Shown here one piece after another: positions 35,046 to 47,475 of a stretch of DNA of 64,000 nucleotides. The DNA lies in NCBI GenBank assembly GCA_025603075.1, contig MU626299.1:64732-128731 (forward strand), in the 5' to 3' direction. Within the stretch, counting starts at the first letter, position 1. Every line of letters starts with the position of its first letter. This DNA is from Neoconidiobolus thromboides FSU 785. Taxonomy: Eukaryota; Fungi; Entomophthoromycota. Both the position numbers and the translations under genes were made by a program. The notes under the pieces are model-generated. The model did no database searches. It saw nothing but the letters and a program-made list of their open reading frames with translations, and had not been told where the DNA came from.

Positions 35046-35498
35046 ATAAGTTATTTTTTTGATTACCCATATAATTTGCTTAACTACTATATATATTGTT
35101 TATTTACAAATTTATATTTATATTTATGTTTAAATAAATATTAATAACTTAATGTTTAAACAATTTGATTTTTTATTTTAAAATTTTTAATTATCTTTCT
35201 AATTTAGTTAGGTTTAAAAATATAAAAGCTAGTTAATTTTAAAAAAATATTGATTACTATAAGATTTCAATAGTAAATTTTTTATTTTTTATGCCTATAT
35301 CTGTTTTATAAAAAATAAATTTGTTAACAGTTTTAAAAAATTTTGATTTTTGAAAAACAATTGATAAAATAAACGAAAACTTTACAAAAATTCAAAATAA
35401 AATTTATATAACCTTATGTATTTATAAATTTGTGGACTTATCTATAAAAATCAGTAAATGATATATAAACTTTATTTTTTCAAGTTAAACTTATATTT

Positions 35499-35590
35499 GG
35501 GAGTGTTTTTTTGATTTTGTTATTTTTTCCATTTTTTAAGCGTTATTTAAGGTGGAAAAACTTGCTAGTAAAATTCTTAAATACATTCCC
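35499..35590 (+). mobile_element. MITE copy whose right end is the target of a solo-LTR-like insertion
   Basis: Left flank ATTT. Removing the inserted element and one CCAT restores CCC-ATTT on the right. Confidence 0.75.
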
Positions 35591-35592
35591 AT

Positions 35593-36054
35593 TGTGAAAT
35601 ATCGCTTTGTCAGTCCCATGGTTAATTACAGCATAATGATCGCCTAAGTTGTTGTGTTCTCAAGTTTAGAGGCAATTAATCCCATGTTCTTATTTTGATT
35701 TGCTATGAGAGTTTATATCTTCGTCTCAAAGATGTTATCCCCTCGTTTTGATACATATACTTGTAGGAGTATAAAAGAGATTCTAAAACATAGTAGCTCG
35801 AGGCTTTTCAACTGAACCACTTCCTGATATCTCGAACATTTAATAAAGCTACTAAGTTTTCTTAATAATATTTTACGTAGATTTTACAGTAGTAATATCT
35901 ATTCTATTTATCTTACATAATTCGTAGTCTATTACGTGCTATTCCTCATAATCCAAGTCTATCTTAGTCACATAACTAAGACATTTCGACTTATAGTATA
36001 GTCAGCCAGGCAATAGCTGTTTTTGGCTCCAATCACTGAGTACCAGATTTCACG
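35593..36054 (-). mobile_element. ~463-bp solo-LTR-like element, copy 3, inverted
   Basis: Reverse-complement homologue with a CCAT/CCAT TSD. Confidence 0.8.
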
Positions 36055-36607
36055 CCATTTATAGTTTAAGTTTTAATAGCTTTTATAATAATATCACTTA
36101 TTAAAATATTTCTAATTTAATGACATTTCTAATTTTAATAATGTAAATTAAAAAATTGTTTTAAAAAAGCAAAATAATGTTAACTACTAAATAAAATAAA
36201 AACAGAAAATTATATCCAAATTTATTAAAGATAATATATAAAACTTATTAAAATTAATAAATAAGAATGGTTTTTTTTAGCTTGGTCCTATTGAGTTAAC
36301 ATTTTAATTGCTTTTACTTATTTATTTATTTAACAAAAGATTATGGAAAAAGTTAGAAGCTTTAAAATAAAATTATTTAAAAAACTTTTATGAAATCACC
36401 TTTTCAAGCAATAGTGAAAAATTCATAAATATTGATTGCCAACTCTTATAAACAAATTTATAAATATTAAATACAAAGAGTTATATTGTTTTTCTTTAAC
36501 TTGTCAAAATTATACAAAGTCCACATTCTTTTTTTACACTTTTATAAAGTTGGTTGTAAATGCTAGGATTTCCTACACTTACTTTAATTGGTATTGATAT
36601 TTTAGAT

Positions 36608-36704
36608 GGGAGATGTATTTTTTTGTTTGAGAATTTTATTAACAATTTTTCTGACTAAATAGTGCTTAAAAGATGGAAAAAATGATAATTAAATAAACAT
36701 TTCC
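36608..36704 (-). mobile_element. MITE copy, inverted, diverged
   Basis: Reverse-complement consensus match. Confidence 0.65.
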
Positions 36705-36809
36705 AAATTAAATTTAGTAAAACATTGGATATAAAAGCTTTTTAAAAAGAAAAAAGTTATACATAAAAAATGACTAAACTTTATAATATAATTATAATTT
36801 ATTTTTCAA

Positions 36810-38375
36810 TCAATTATAATTTAATACAAAACTCTTACCCATTACTAAATGAGGATTAATATGGCAATGAGATAACCATTTTCCTGGATTATCAGCTTTA
36901 AGTCGGATAGCATACCAGCCACAGAAAACAACATCTCCCACAGTCCTTGGGTTAGCAAAATGAGTAAACGTATCTTGTAATACAAGATTCTTTTTATGAG
37001 ATAAAATAGTATCTTGAATCTTGATTGAGTCAGTAGAAGGATCATAAGGTAAAGTGCCATTGGAAACTACATAAAAAGAGTGACCATGTAAATGCCAAGG
37101 ATGAGTAACGCAATTACCTCCTATGGGTTGAAAATGTTGTAATATAATTTGTATATTAGTATTATTTTTTATAAAATAATCTTTATTTTCCAATTGATTA
37201 TTAATTAGAAATTTAGGTACATTATTAGCTATTCCATTAGTAATGTTGATAATAATTTCCTGATCAATTTGTTTAGGTACTTGATAAATATGAGTATCTT
37301 GAACATCGATACAATTGCTTCGATAAAATTGTGAATTTTTCAATTTAGGTAAAATCCATAAATTCTCAGTTAAATTTAATCTCTCAGGCACATACAACTT
37401 TTTCTTTAATTTATCTGTTGGTTCTGCTCCATTATAATGTAATATTGCTACTCCATTATTAGGTAATAGAGGATTACTATTACTACCTGTAATTCTAGTC
37501 ATCATATAATAATTATTAATAGGTTGATTCATTTTAACTAATATAGAATATCTCTGTGCTGGATGTAATTCAATTCGATTAGTTAATATAGGTTCAATTA
37601 AAGTGCCATCTACTTCAATTACTTTGAATTCTATATGATTTTGAATTTCAAAGATTAAATTAGATAGTCCATTAGCTGCAATAATTCGAATTCGATAAAT
37701 TTTATTAAAATCTACATTTTTTACATAATAACCCTCATTAAACAAATCCTTTTCTTTAGTGTTAGTATTGTTTTCCCAAACATCAAAAGTTCTACCATTA
37801 GTTAAGATAGATTGGGATGGAAATGGAAACTGAAAGGGTGGATTTAATAAATCATGATAAATTAAACTGGTATTTTTATGCCAACGTTCACTTAAAATTA
37901 AAGTAAATTCCTCATCATAATAATAGTTTTCATTGTATTCAATTAACTCTTTTAGAAACTTCTCTTTGATAATCAATGCCCCATAAATTACTTGAATATC
38001 CAAATCAGTATGAGCATGATACCAATAAGTCCCACTTTGTTTATATACGTTAAATTGATATTTAAATGAACTGTTTGTTAAGATCCTTGCTTGGGTTAAT
38101 TCAGGTACACCATCCATATTGTTACTATTTCTCTGCTCAATTCCATGCCAATGAATAGTTATATTTCGATGACTTTGATTATTAATTAATATATTAACTT
38201 GATCATGTTGTTCAATTTCAATAGTAGGACCTGGATAAACTCCATTAATAGTTATACCTTCAAAATTAAAATTATCTACTGCAATATCTTGATCTTTAAC
38301 TTCCCATGAATAATAATGGACTTTACTATCAAGAGTATTAAGAAAACAGAATAATATTATGATTATGTAATTCAT
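36810..38375 (-). CDS. Secreted multicopper oxidase (laccase/ascorbate-oxidase-like)
   Basis: Signal peptide and all four Cu motifs: HWHG, YWYHAH, HPWHLHGH, HCHINPH. Confidence 0.95.
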   Translation of the reverse strand: MNYIIIILFCFLNTLDSKVHYYSWEVKDQDIAVDNFNFEGITINGVYPGPTIEIEQHDQVNILINNQSHRNITIHWHGIEQRNSNNMDGVPELTQARILTNSSFKYQFNVYKQSGTYWYHAHTDLDIQVIYGALIIKEKFLKELIEYNENYYYDEEFTLILSERWHKNTSLIYHDLLNPPFQFPFPSQSILTNGRTFDVWENNTNTKEKDLFNEGYYVKNVDFNKIYRIRIIAANGLSNLIFEIQNHIEFKVIEVDGTLIEPILTNRIELHPAQRYSILVKMNQPINNYYMMTRITGSNSNPLLPNNGVAILHYNGAEPTDKLKKKLYVPERLNLTENLWILPKLKNSQFYRSNCIDVQDTHIYQVPKQIDQEIIINITNGIANNVPKFLINNQLENKDYFIKNNTNIQIILQHFQPIGGNCVTHPWHLHGHSFYVVSNGTLPYDPSTDSIKIQDTILSHKKNLVLQDTFTHFANPRTVGDVVFCGWYAIRLKADNPGKWLSHCHINPHLVMGKSFVLNYN

Positions 38376-38682
38376 TATTGTTTTATAAATTTAATCATTG
38401 ACTAAATGTTGAGTTTATATATATTATTTTTGAAGATAATTGTATATAATTATCTTTTTTGTTGATATCATATATTAATTTTTAGATAGATAAATTAAGT
38501 ATCTATAAATAAATTTGTATAAAATTCTTTTACTTTAATGTTATTTGAAAAATTAAGTTTAAGATACTTAATATAGTTAAAAACCATAAACATTAATAAT
38601 TTATACCAACTTTTACTTCTTCTAAATATTAATATATCATCTACACAATATCTAATCAGCTATTTAAATAACTCTAATATTT

Positions 38683-38781
38683 GGGAGTGTTTTTTTTGAC
38701 TTCATTATTTTTTCCATTTTTTGAGCGCTATTTAAGCGGAAAATTTGTTAGTAAAATTCTTAGACACAAAAATACATCCCC
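38683..38781 (+). mobile_element. MITE copy
   Basis: ATTT/ATTT TSD. Confidence 0.85.
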
Positions 38782-39685
38782 ATTTGTTTCTTTTATTTCA
38801 TTAAATTTAATTAAACCTCTGAAAAAATTATTAATTGACTTAAATGAATATAAGTTATTTAATTTAATTTATTATCAAATTTAATTTTACTTTGTATTTG
38901 AATTTAACTTTTAACAAAAATATTGGGAACCATTTTGTTTTTTGTTAAATCAAATTAGAAGGTGGAATTTTAAAAGGTCAATATCAGATGTTTTAATCAA
39001 AATATTCCCTTTGAGTTGAATTATTTTATTATATTGAGGTTCATCTATTCGGATTTTTAATTAAAAAAATACTGAATGTTATTGACAATATCAAAAGATT
39101 AATCTTTGTTTGAATTTGTTCCTCCCTAATCACTCCACTTTCATAACATTATAAGCTAATAAACACAAAGCCCTTTGGCTTTAATTTTTAAAACTAATAT
39201 CAAAAGATTAGTTGATTTTAAAAGCTGAGATTGAATGATTTACTATAAATAGAAATTTTTATGTAATAAACTATTTAAATTTCAATTAAGCAAATTCATA
39301 ATTGATTCTAATAAATAATGATAAATTGATATTATTAAGTTAATAAAAAGATATTAAACTTGAAATTGTAATCAAAACAAACAAAATAGTAAAACATTAA
39401 CCATAGATGCTATTGATTTTTAAAAGCTTCGAAACAAATCAAATATTTTAAAAATAAGTTGAAGATACACTGGATGGTTTTTATTAAAGATTTCTATTAA
39501 ATTACTTTTAGAATCTTAACAAAATACATCTACCTTCTTTTACTAAATCAGCAAGTAGACAAAATTAATAATTATCTTAAATAATATCTTTGTGTTTATT
39601 CGAAGCCTATAATACTTCTGTTTCCTAGCCCTATTCCATCACTTTAATCCCCCTTTAATCTATCATATACCCCAACCCACTTCCA

Positions 39686-40756
39686 TTAAAATGTTTCCAT
39701 CTCCACTTTCAATCCACAAATTGTGCATTTGCCTTCAGTTTCCCCTTGAATAAATTGATGTTCATGAACTTGTATTTTTGGACGTTGCTGTTCCCAAGTT
39801 TCAGTACGAGTCCTTTTTCTTAAATCTAAATAAAGAAATAAAAAAATCAATATTAATTTTACTTTGAAGATTGTTGAAAAATTGATTAGTCACCTTTTAA
39901 TTTATTTTTAAATTTATCTGCTTTTTTCTTTTTTTTTACCATTTCTCGACGTTCTAATTCAGCGTCTAAGCCTTCACTACCGCCCCATTTTTTATAGGCA
40001 TACATTTCTACCTTTTATTATTAAAGTATTAATATGGTAATGTTTTATTAATATTATTATAGTTTTATCTATTTATACTATTTACTTGTTCCCTTAAATA
40101 TAACAACATATTATTCCAACTTGATTTTCTTGGATTTGGTTTACTCCAACAATTAAATAAATCTTTATCTCTTAATTCATCTAATAATTTTTGGTTGATT
40201 GTATTAATAAAAAAAATTTCAAAATAAATAGTAATATTTTTATAAATCACCTTCAGTTAACAAATAATCCTAAATAAAAAAATAGCGATTTAAAAAATTT
40301 AAAAACTAAATAAGATGTTATAAATATTTCAAGACTTACTTCTTTTACTTCTGTTTTTGTTAATAAGGAATACTTTTCCGTTACTGATTTTTTACAATCA
40401 CTACAAACTGATACTTTAAATAATTGAAAAAATAAGGGATCAACTCCTAATTTTTGACACTCTTTGCAGCGATCGTTATCTTCAGCTAATTATTGAATTA
40501 TTAATATTCTTCATATAGGAAATTTTGGACTAATATAAATTCAATTGATAAATAAATCATTACGTATATCTTTTAATAAAATAGGTTCGACTTGATTTAA
40601 TTTAACTTGGGGATTTTCTTCTTCAATTAGAAAACCTCCTTTACTATCAACCATTTTACTTAAATCATAATCTATATAATCCGATCGTTGGATTCTTTTA
40701 CTACTCGTTGGGACTTTATTGATACTGCTTGTTTTTTTATTATCTGTTTCGCTCAT
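39686..40756 (-). CDS. RAD14: DNA repair protein XPA/Rad14, multi-exon (5' end and junctions approximate)
   Basis: Exons encode YIDYDLSKMVDSKGGFL, the zinc finger CKEC...VCSDC plus YSLLTKTEVKE, KPNPRKSSWNNMLLYLREQV, KKWGGSEGLDAE and HEHQF...CTICGLKVEMETF with stop at 39686. Confidence 0.9.
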
Positions 40757-41260
40757 ATCTATGAATTATATTTCAAAAAGATTTCAATTTTTTGGATTTT
40801 AGCTTTACTTTTTAGTTTGCTAAGCACTATTTTTAAAGTAAGAATTACTTTTTCCAAAATGATTGAGTTAAAAAGACACACTTTAATTTCAAATCAGCGT
40901 TATTTTGCACTTATTTTGAAAATCAACGATATGTAGTTACACTATCTGTAGTTTAAGATCTAAACCTTATTTTTAAATAAACATTTAGTTAGTGTACATT
41001 TAAACTCAATCATATTTAGTTTTTGACACATTTTTAATTTTTATTTACTCAGCTTTTTCGGAAAAAGGTGTAAAAACATATTTGGTTTGGAATTTAAGGT
41101 AGTATGATAAATTAGAAACTAAAATAGATTAAAGATCGACTATAATATAAGGGATGATATATTTAATATATTGCTTACTAATATCTAGCAACTATTGAAA
41201 ATTTATAAATGTTTGAAAATGTCAACTTTCATAAAAATAGTCTTTATTAAAAAAAACAAT

Positions 41261-42369
41261 TTATCTTTTAACCCTATAGTAAAAATAAGGTTAATATCAA
41301 CTTAATATAATAATTAGTTCAAATTTCTTACCAAGTAAACTTCTTACGTGCTTTAGGTTGACCAGTCTTCTTACGTTCAACCACTCTTGGATCTCTATAT
41401 AATAATTTGGCTAAAGAAATTTTAATGAAACTCCTTAAAAAAATGAAACAAAACCCTTACCTTCCTCTAAAACTGTTTCCAATTCAGGTTCATGAACAAT
41501 CAAAGCTTTAGCAAGAGCTAATGAAGTAGCTTGAGATTGACCTAACCAAAAAATAAATATTTTGTTTAAAAGCCATAAAGAAGTTTACCTGTTGTACCAC
41601 CACCTAAAGCAATTAACCAGGCATTATATTTACTCAAACTATTAGTTAAAGCCAATGGCAAAACAGCATTTTCTCTATCTAAGTATCTACCAAAATACTC
41701 AGCCAATGGAGTACCATTGATCATCAATTTCCCTTCACCTTTAACTAACCAACATCTAACAGAAGCTTCTTTACGATAACCAACGGAATAAGCTCTACCC
41801 ATAGAATCTAATTGGACTACCTTTCTTTGTTGTTCTTGTAAACTACCACTAGCAGAGAGTTTAGCTAAATACTCTCTTAAACTTTGTGGTAAACTTTGTA
41901 AACGATTAACATCATTTTCAGCTATCCTATCTAATCTAGCAATAATGGAACGATATTGGTTTTTGGTTAAATCAGTCTTTAAATAACTTGCCATAGCGTT
42001 ATGAGATAACCAATAAAATTGTCTCTCTTTATAAGGTACAATATCGGTAGGTTGTAATTTATCCGAATAAAATGGATCATTTGGAGTATAATATTCCAAA
42101 CATTGATCTAAACCAACAATTAAATCATAATAAGTAGTATTACCAGTGAAGTAAGACTTGGAACTTGGTCTATCTTCTTCTACACTTTGTTCAATTTTGG
42201 GTGCACTCTTGATGGCCGATATATCAAGTTGAGATGTTAACTTTTTTTCATAGCTATTAGTAAAATTATTTTTTAATAATGGTGTTGATGGGCTGACAAA
42301 ACTTCTGACATCTAACTTTATAGGGTTAAGTTGACGCCTACCAGTTTGTAGTAGGCTTGTTCTATACAT
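41261..42369 (-). CDS. MRPS9: Mitochondrial small-subunit ribosomal protein S9, multi-exon
   Basis: Mitochondrial presequence, GYRKEASVRCW and GGGTTG. Spliced 3' exons give GQSQATSLALAKAL, RDPRVVERKKTGQPKARKKFTW and VKR with stop at 41261. Confidence 0.92.
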
Positions 42370-42713
42370 TTTGAAAGTGAAGTTAAAATGGACAGTGTTG
42401 TTTGAAATCCCATTATAGTTTAGGAGTTATTTTATTGGTCGTAATTTTAAGTGGATTGATTGGCTGGAATTGAGATTAAAATTGTAAGGAAGATAAATCA
42501 AAGTTGCTATCATCGAACGTGAATTGAAAGTTTATTTTGGTTAAAATTTCCAGTCTACCACTCAAGGTAGCATCAATTAACGTTTTTTCCCCTGCTCCTT
42601 TATTGCTTATCTATACTACCACTGTATAGTTTTTTTTAATATGGTCTTTACCTATAACTATTATACATTAGCAAATTTTAAATTTATTATCCAAAGGAAA
42701 TAAAATTATATAT

Positions 42714-42811
42714 GGGGATCTTTTTTTGGCTTCATTACTTCTTTCATCTTTTAAGCACTATTTGAGTGGAAAAATTGTTAGTACAATTTTTAAATACAAA
42801 AACACATCCCC
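42714..42811 (+). mobile_element. MITE copy
   Basis: Consensus match with ATAT/ATTT flanks. Confidence 0.8.
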
Positions 42812-43729
42812 ATTTTATAATAACATCAATTTGCTTTAATTATAGTTTAATAAGTTTAAATATATGGAATATAAGTTAAAAAATAAAAAGTGTTATTATA
42901 TTTAGAAATAAAGTTTTGTTTTTAATTAAAAAAATTCTATAATATTTAAAAGATCAGTTCATTAAATAACTTAATAAAATTATTATTAAACATAGTAACA
43001 TTATTAATACTAAAAGTTTTAATCAATATTTTTAAATAGCAAACAGATAAATTAGACAAAGTAAAAATAATTCAATAAATAGCCAAGTCAGAGTTTAGAT
43101 TTAATACTTAGAATTTATTAACATTAATTTTTATATCATTGATAAAGCAGTAAATTTTTTGTACAAAACTATTAAGATAGTATCTGTGGAACTTTTAAGC
43201 TATATAGACATTATTTATAAAAGCAAAAATTTAAAACAAACAAAGTTTAAATAAGAAGCTAATAAATAAACAACTTAAATAATTAATTTTTTAGTTAATT
43301 ATAAAAATAAAGAGGAGTAGAAATAAAAAATTGCTTTTTACTTTAAATTTTGATAAAAAAAGTTTGAATAAATTATTTAAGCTGAAAATAATTAAAATTC
43401 TACGTTTTTTTTCTTAAAAATGAAGAAATAAATAAAGGTTATTATAAACTATTGAAATAGCATTAAAAAAGAAAATAAAAATCATATTTATAAATCTAAT
43501 ATTTATATAGTAAATGAATAAAAAATATTTTAAATCTTATTTTTGGTTTACGTTGATTTAAAAGCTATGATTTTATTATATTCATAATTTAATTCAAAAT
43601 TTGAAAATTTGTATGTATTAAATAAAAACCAAAAAAATTAATAAGATCAACCTATTTAAGAAAGATTATTTTTTTAAATAAATAACTATAAGTATTCAAA
43701 ATTTAATCGATTTTTAATTTTAGTTAAAT

Positions 43730-43821
43730 GGAAGTGTTTTTTTAGCTTCACTTCTTTATCTTAAGTGCTATTTAAGCGGAAAAATTGTTAGTAAAATTCT
43801 TAAATCTGAAAATATATCCCC
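43730..43821 (+). mobile_element. MITE copy
   Basis: AAAT/AAAT TSD. Confidence 0.75.
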
Positions 43822-43956
43822 AAATAATTTTTAAATTTATGTATAAAATTAATATTATTAGAAAGTTATATATTAATACTTTTTTGCTTGTTTTCAAAGT
43901 ACAATTTAGTAATAACATAAGAGCAAAAGTAATAAATTATGAAAATACTAGTATAT

Positions 43957-44055
43957 GGGGATGTATTTTTGTATTTAAGAATCTTACTAACAAATTTTCC
44001 GCTTAAATAGCACTTAAAGAATGGAAAAAATAATGAAGTCAAAAAAGACACTCCC
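43957..44055 (-). mobile_element. MITE copy, inverted
   Basis: ATAT/ATAT TSD. Confidence 0.8.
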
Positions 44056-44146
44056 ATATAGTAAGGAAAAAAAAAGTAAATTTAGCAATAATAAGTAGAT
44101 TTGTTTTTTTTATTAATTTTCATAATATAAATACTCACTTAACAAC

Positions 44147-44806
44147 TTAAAGTATACCGCCTAATAAAGAATCTAATCCTAAAGATGAAACTAAATCACC
44201 AACAATAGGTAAACCCCCTAACATCCCTCCTTTCTTTTCAGGTATGGCTTTATCGCTTTTGTTAGGACTATAATCACCCTTGGGTTGTTGCTGAGTATTT
44301 ATTTGATGGCCATCCGAGTGTCCAGCTTGTTGGGTTTGGTGTTGTGTCTGTTGGTTATTTTGAGTTTGTCCGTTATTTTGTTGACTTTGTTGTTGATTGT
44401 TCTGATTCTGTTGTTGGTTTTGTTGGTTATTCTGATTCTGTTGGTTATTCTGATTCTGTTGTTGAGTCTGTTGATTATTTTGGCTTTGTTGGGTTGGTTG
44501 ATTACTTCCATCTTCTGGATAAGTAGCTTTACATTTATAAATCCCATTTGGATTAGTATAAATCTGGTAATTCTCTTCTTGGACTTGAATATTAGCATCG
44601 GTATTTAACATTGCGGCATGTGGGGTAGCTGTATTTGGGTTGTTTAGAACAACGCCGTTATTACCGTTGTTGTTTGTAGCCATATCTTGTCCCATTGGCA
44701 TATTACTCATACTACCATGATCTTCATCTCCATGACGTCGAATCAAATCAATTGAACGACTTAAAGTTAAATTAATGAATAACGCTAAAATTAATTTGGT
44801 GTTCAT
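44147..44806 (-). CDS. Secreted precursor, subfamily A (RRHG..H / YTNxNGIYKCKA / Gln-Asn-rich / LPIVG tail)
   Basis: Signal peptide, IRRHGDEDHGSM, YQIYTNPNGIYKCKATY, Q/N run and GGLPIVGDLVSSLGLDSLLGGIL. Confidence 0.88.
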   Translation of the reverse strand: MNTKLILALFINLTLSRSIDLIRRHGDEDHGSMSNMPMGQDMATNNNGNNGVVLNNPNTATPHAAMLNTDANIQVQEENYQIYTNPNGIYKCKATYPEDGSNQPTQQSQNNQQTQQQNQNNQQNQNNQQNQQQNQNNQQQSQQNNGQTQNNQQTQHQTQQAGHSDGHQINTQQQPKGDYSPNKSDKAIPEKKGGMLGGLPIVGDLVSSLGLDSLLGGIL

Positions 44807-45318
44807 TATATTGGAATATTAATTGATATTATTATTATAAGATTAGCTGTTAACTTCAATTTCAAATTGATAGTTTGTTATTATTTTTAGAGATTTAATG
44901 TAGATCAAGTGGGAGTATTTATATTACTGAACTTTAAAGAATAAAAACACAAAGTCTTAAGATCCTTGAATTTTAAAAAACTCTTACGAATTGTATTATT
45001 AAAACCTCCTATTTAGCCTTTAAAATTTAATTAGAATTCTAAAGGTAGTGGACTGTTAATCTAGAATATTTAATTAATATAACACAATTAAAAAATTAAT
45101 AAGTTGGATTTATTTTTAGATGATTTCAAATTCTTAATTTAAGTTGAAATAAAAATAATATTAATGAAAATAAAACAAAAATTTTTAAAAAATTTCGTAA
45201 AAATATTCAACTTCATAAAAACTTTAAAGAAAATACTGTTTTTTAGTTTATAATAATAACTAGTATTATATTTATTTCCTTAAGTTTCAAACTATAAGCA
45301 TCCCACTTCCTGTCATAT

Positions 45319-45960
45319 TTAATAGATTCCGCCTAATAATGAATCAATTCCTAAAGAGGATGCTATATTACCAATCACAGGTATTCCACTTAATAAACTA
45401 GTTTTCTTTTCAGGTAAAGGTGTGGGAGTTTTAGTTGATGTATAAATATCTTTATTTTGTGGTTGATTATCCATTTGATGTCCATCGTAATGCTCTGGAT
45501 GTGGAGTATTTTGATTATTTTGAGTTTGTCCATTATTTTGTTGACTTTGTTGTTGATTTTGTTGGCTCTGCTGATGATCCTGATTTTGTTGTTGATTGTT
45601 TTGAGCTTCTCCGCTATTCTTTTGACTTTGTTGTTGACTTTGCTGTTGACTTTGATTCTGTTGTCGATTATTTGAATCTTTTGTATCTTCTGGATATTCT
45701 GCTTTACACTTGTAAATACCATTAGAATTTGTATACATCTCATACTTATCTTCATGTAGATTAACAATTGGATCACTACTAAATTTAGTTTCATGTGGAA
45801 CAACAGCATTTTCATTACTATTTCCACTTGGACTAATATCTTCTTTAACTGGCATGATACTCATACTACCATGATCCTCACCTTCGTGACGTCGATTCAA
45901 AGCAATAGAACGACTAAGGGTTAATTGAATGAATAAAGCTAGGAGTAATTTTGAGTTCAT
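45319..45960 (-). CDS. Secreted precursor, subfamily A
   Basis: Signal peptide, NRRHEGEDHGSM, YEMYTNSNGIYKCKAEY, Q/N run and SGIPVIGNIASSLGIDSLLGGIY. Confidence 0.88.
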   Translation of the reverse strand: MNSKLLLALFIQLTLSRSIALNRRHEGEDHGSMSIMPVKEDISPSGNSNENAVVPHETKFSSDPIVNLHEDKYEMYTNSNGIYKCKAEYPEDTKDSNNRQQNQSQQQSQQQSQKNSGEAQNNQQQNQDHQQSQQNQQQSQQNNGQTQNNQNTPHPEHYDGHQMDNQPQNKDIYTSTKTPTPLPEKKTSLLSGIPVIGNIASSLGIDSLLGGIY

Positions 45961-47169
45961 TATGTTATTATTGGAAGATTTATATTATATTATATTATAT
46001 TATATTATTATTGGATTAGACAAGTACAAAGTTCAATTAAAAATTGGGCTTTTTTTAATTAAAATTTATGATGAGTGAAGGGCACTATTTATATTTATTT
46101 TTGATTCTTTAAGCTTAACTCCTCCCATTTAACCATAATATTAATTGAGTATATTCATAGTTCCTTGGACTGTGGAAATGTTTTGATTTAATATATAACA
46201 AAATAAACTCATTGATTTTAGTTTAGTTAGTCATAATGCTATCTACTTATTCTACTAATTTTTAAAATGTTTTAGTTTGTTATTTCATTTCTAACTATTA
46301 ATGTTTGCTTTGAATTTCTAGTTATTTTTTTATTAGCATTTATTTTTTGACCCTTTTGTTTTACCGCTAATTGGACCTCTCAGTTTTTTAAAATGAATAG
46401 TTTTTATCAATCCTTTCTTAAATTCTGTTAACTACTAGTTTATGCTATTAAAAATAGGGTCATAAATAGTACTCGATTATTAATTTAATAGATCAAAATT
46501 GAAATTTTAATATCTCAAATTCAATTCTACATCAGCTTAATAAAATATAATTAACTGTAACCTAATCGTAGCCTTAAATTTAATCAATATATTTCAATAA
46601 AACGCAATGTAATAGTTGAAATTCTAGTTTAATATGTCATTAAATTTTTACTTTATAATATAAGATGATTTTTTTACTCATCTTACTCTAATACTATAGG
46701 CCTTTCTTTTAACTCCAACTTGAATTATTTTTATCTCTCATTTCACTTTAAGATTTTAAAGTGATCAAAAAGGACCACTGGTAAAAAGCATAGTCAAATC
46801 TATTATCTAATCCTAGGATCTTATTTATAGGAATTTTTAACTCCGTTAGATATTTACTATTGAAGTAACAAGTGGTTTTCGAAATTTCAAATAAGGTATA
46901 AACTCCCTGTATTTTAGGAATATTTTTATATAAATATCACTTTTAATAACAATAACGCTAGCCATAACCACAATAAAATACATTTGTTATTATAAAGCTA
47001 TATTTCTATCTAATTCAATTTATTTAAAAAAGTAATTTCATTCACAAACACATTGAATATTAATTTTATTATTAAAAAAGAACTATGAAATCTTAGCTCA
47101 ATAAACGAGAGTTCATTTCCGATTAACGAAATGCCTTAAAAAGCATTCTTTTGTTGTATCATCTTTCAT

Positions 47170-47475
47170 TTATCCATCTATTGGAAGTTGATTAACAATT
47201 CCATACCCTTTATTATTATCTGTATTAATAATAGAAACTATATTTGATACCAATTCATCATTATTACTAGTGATACTATTGACTGTGGAAACGATACTAG
47301 TAATCGGATTGCTATTACCAAAGATAGGTTCCATTAATCCACCTTCAGAACCAGAACCAAAAACAGTGTTAACTATATTATTTAATGGAGAATTAGCATT
47401 ATCTCTACGTTGAAGAGGAAGCGAAAAGATAGGGGAGGAAGTAAAGAGGAATAATACTAAAGTGTTGTATTTCAT
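47170..47475 (-). CDS. Secreted precursor, subfamily B (Gly-rich GSGSEGG), tail-less
   Basis: Signal peptide, PLQRR, FGSGSEGGLME and GIVNQLP. Confidence 0.78.
   Translation of the reverse strand: MKYNTLVLFLFTSSPIFSLPLQRRDNANSPLNNIVNTVFGSGSEGGLMEPIFGNSNPITSIVSTVNSITSNNDELVSNIVSIINTDNNKGYGIVNQLPIDG

Noticed and set aside
2533-44057. Recurrent short ORFs containing FLTSLFFPFF..YLSGK..SKILK (2533, 20894, 38681, 43785, 43866)
   Set aside because: They are translations of the MITE consensus, not a protein family.
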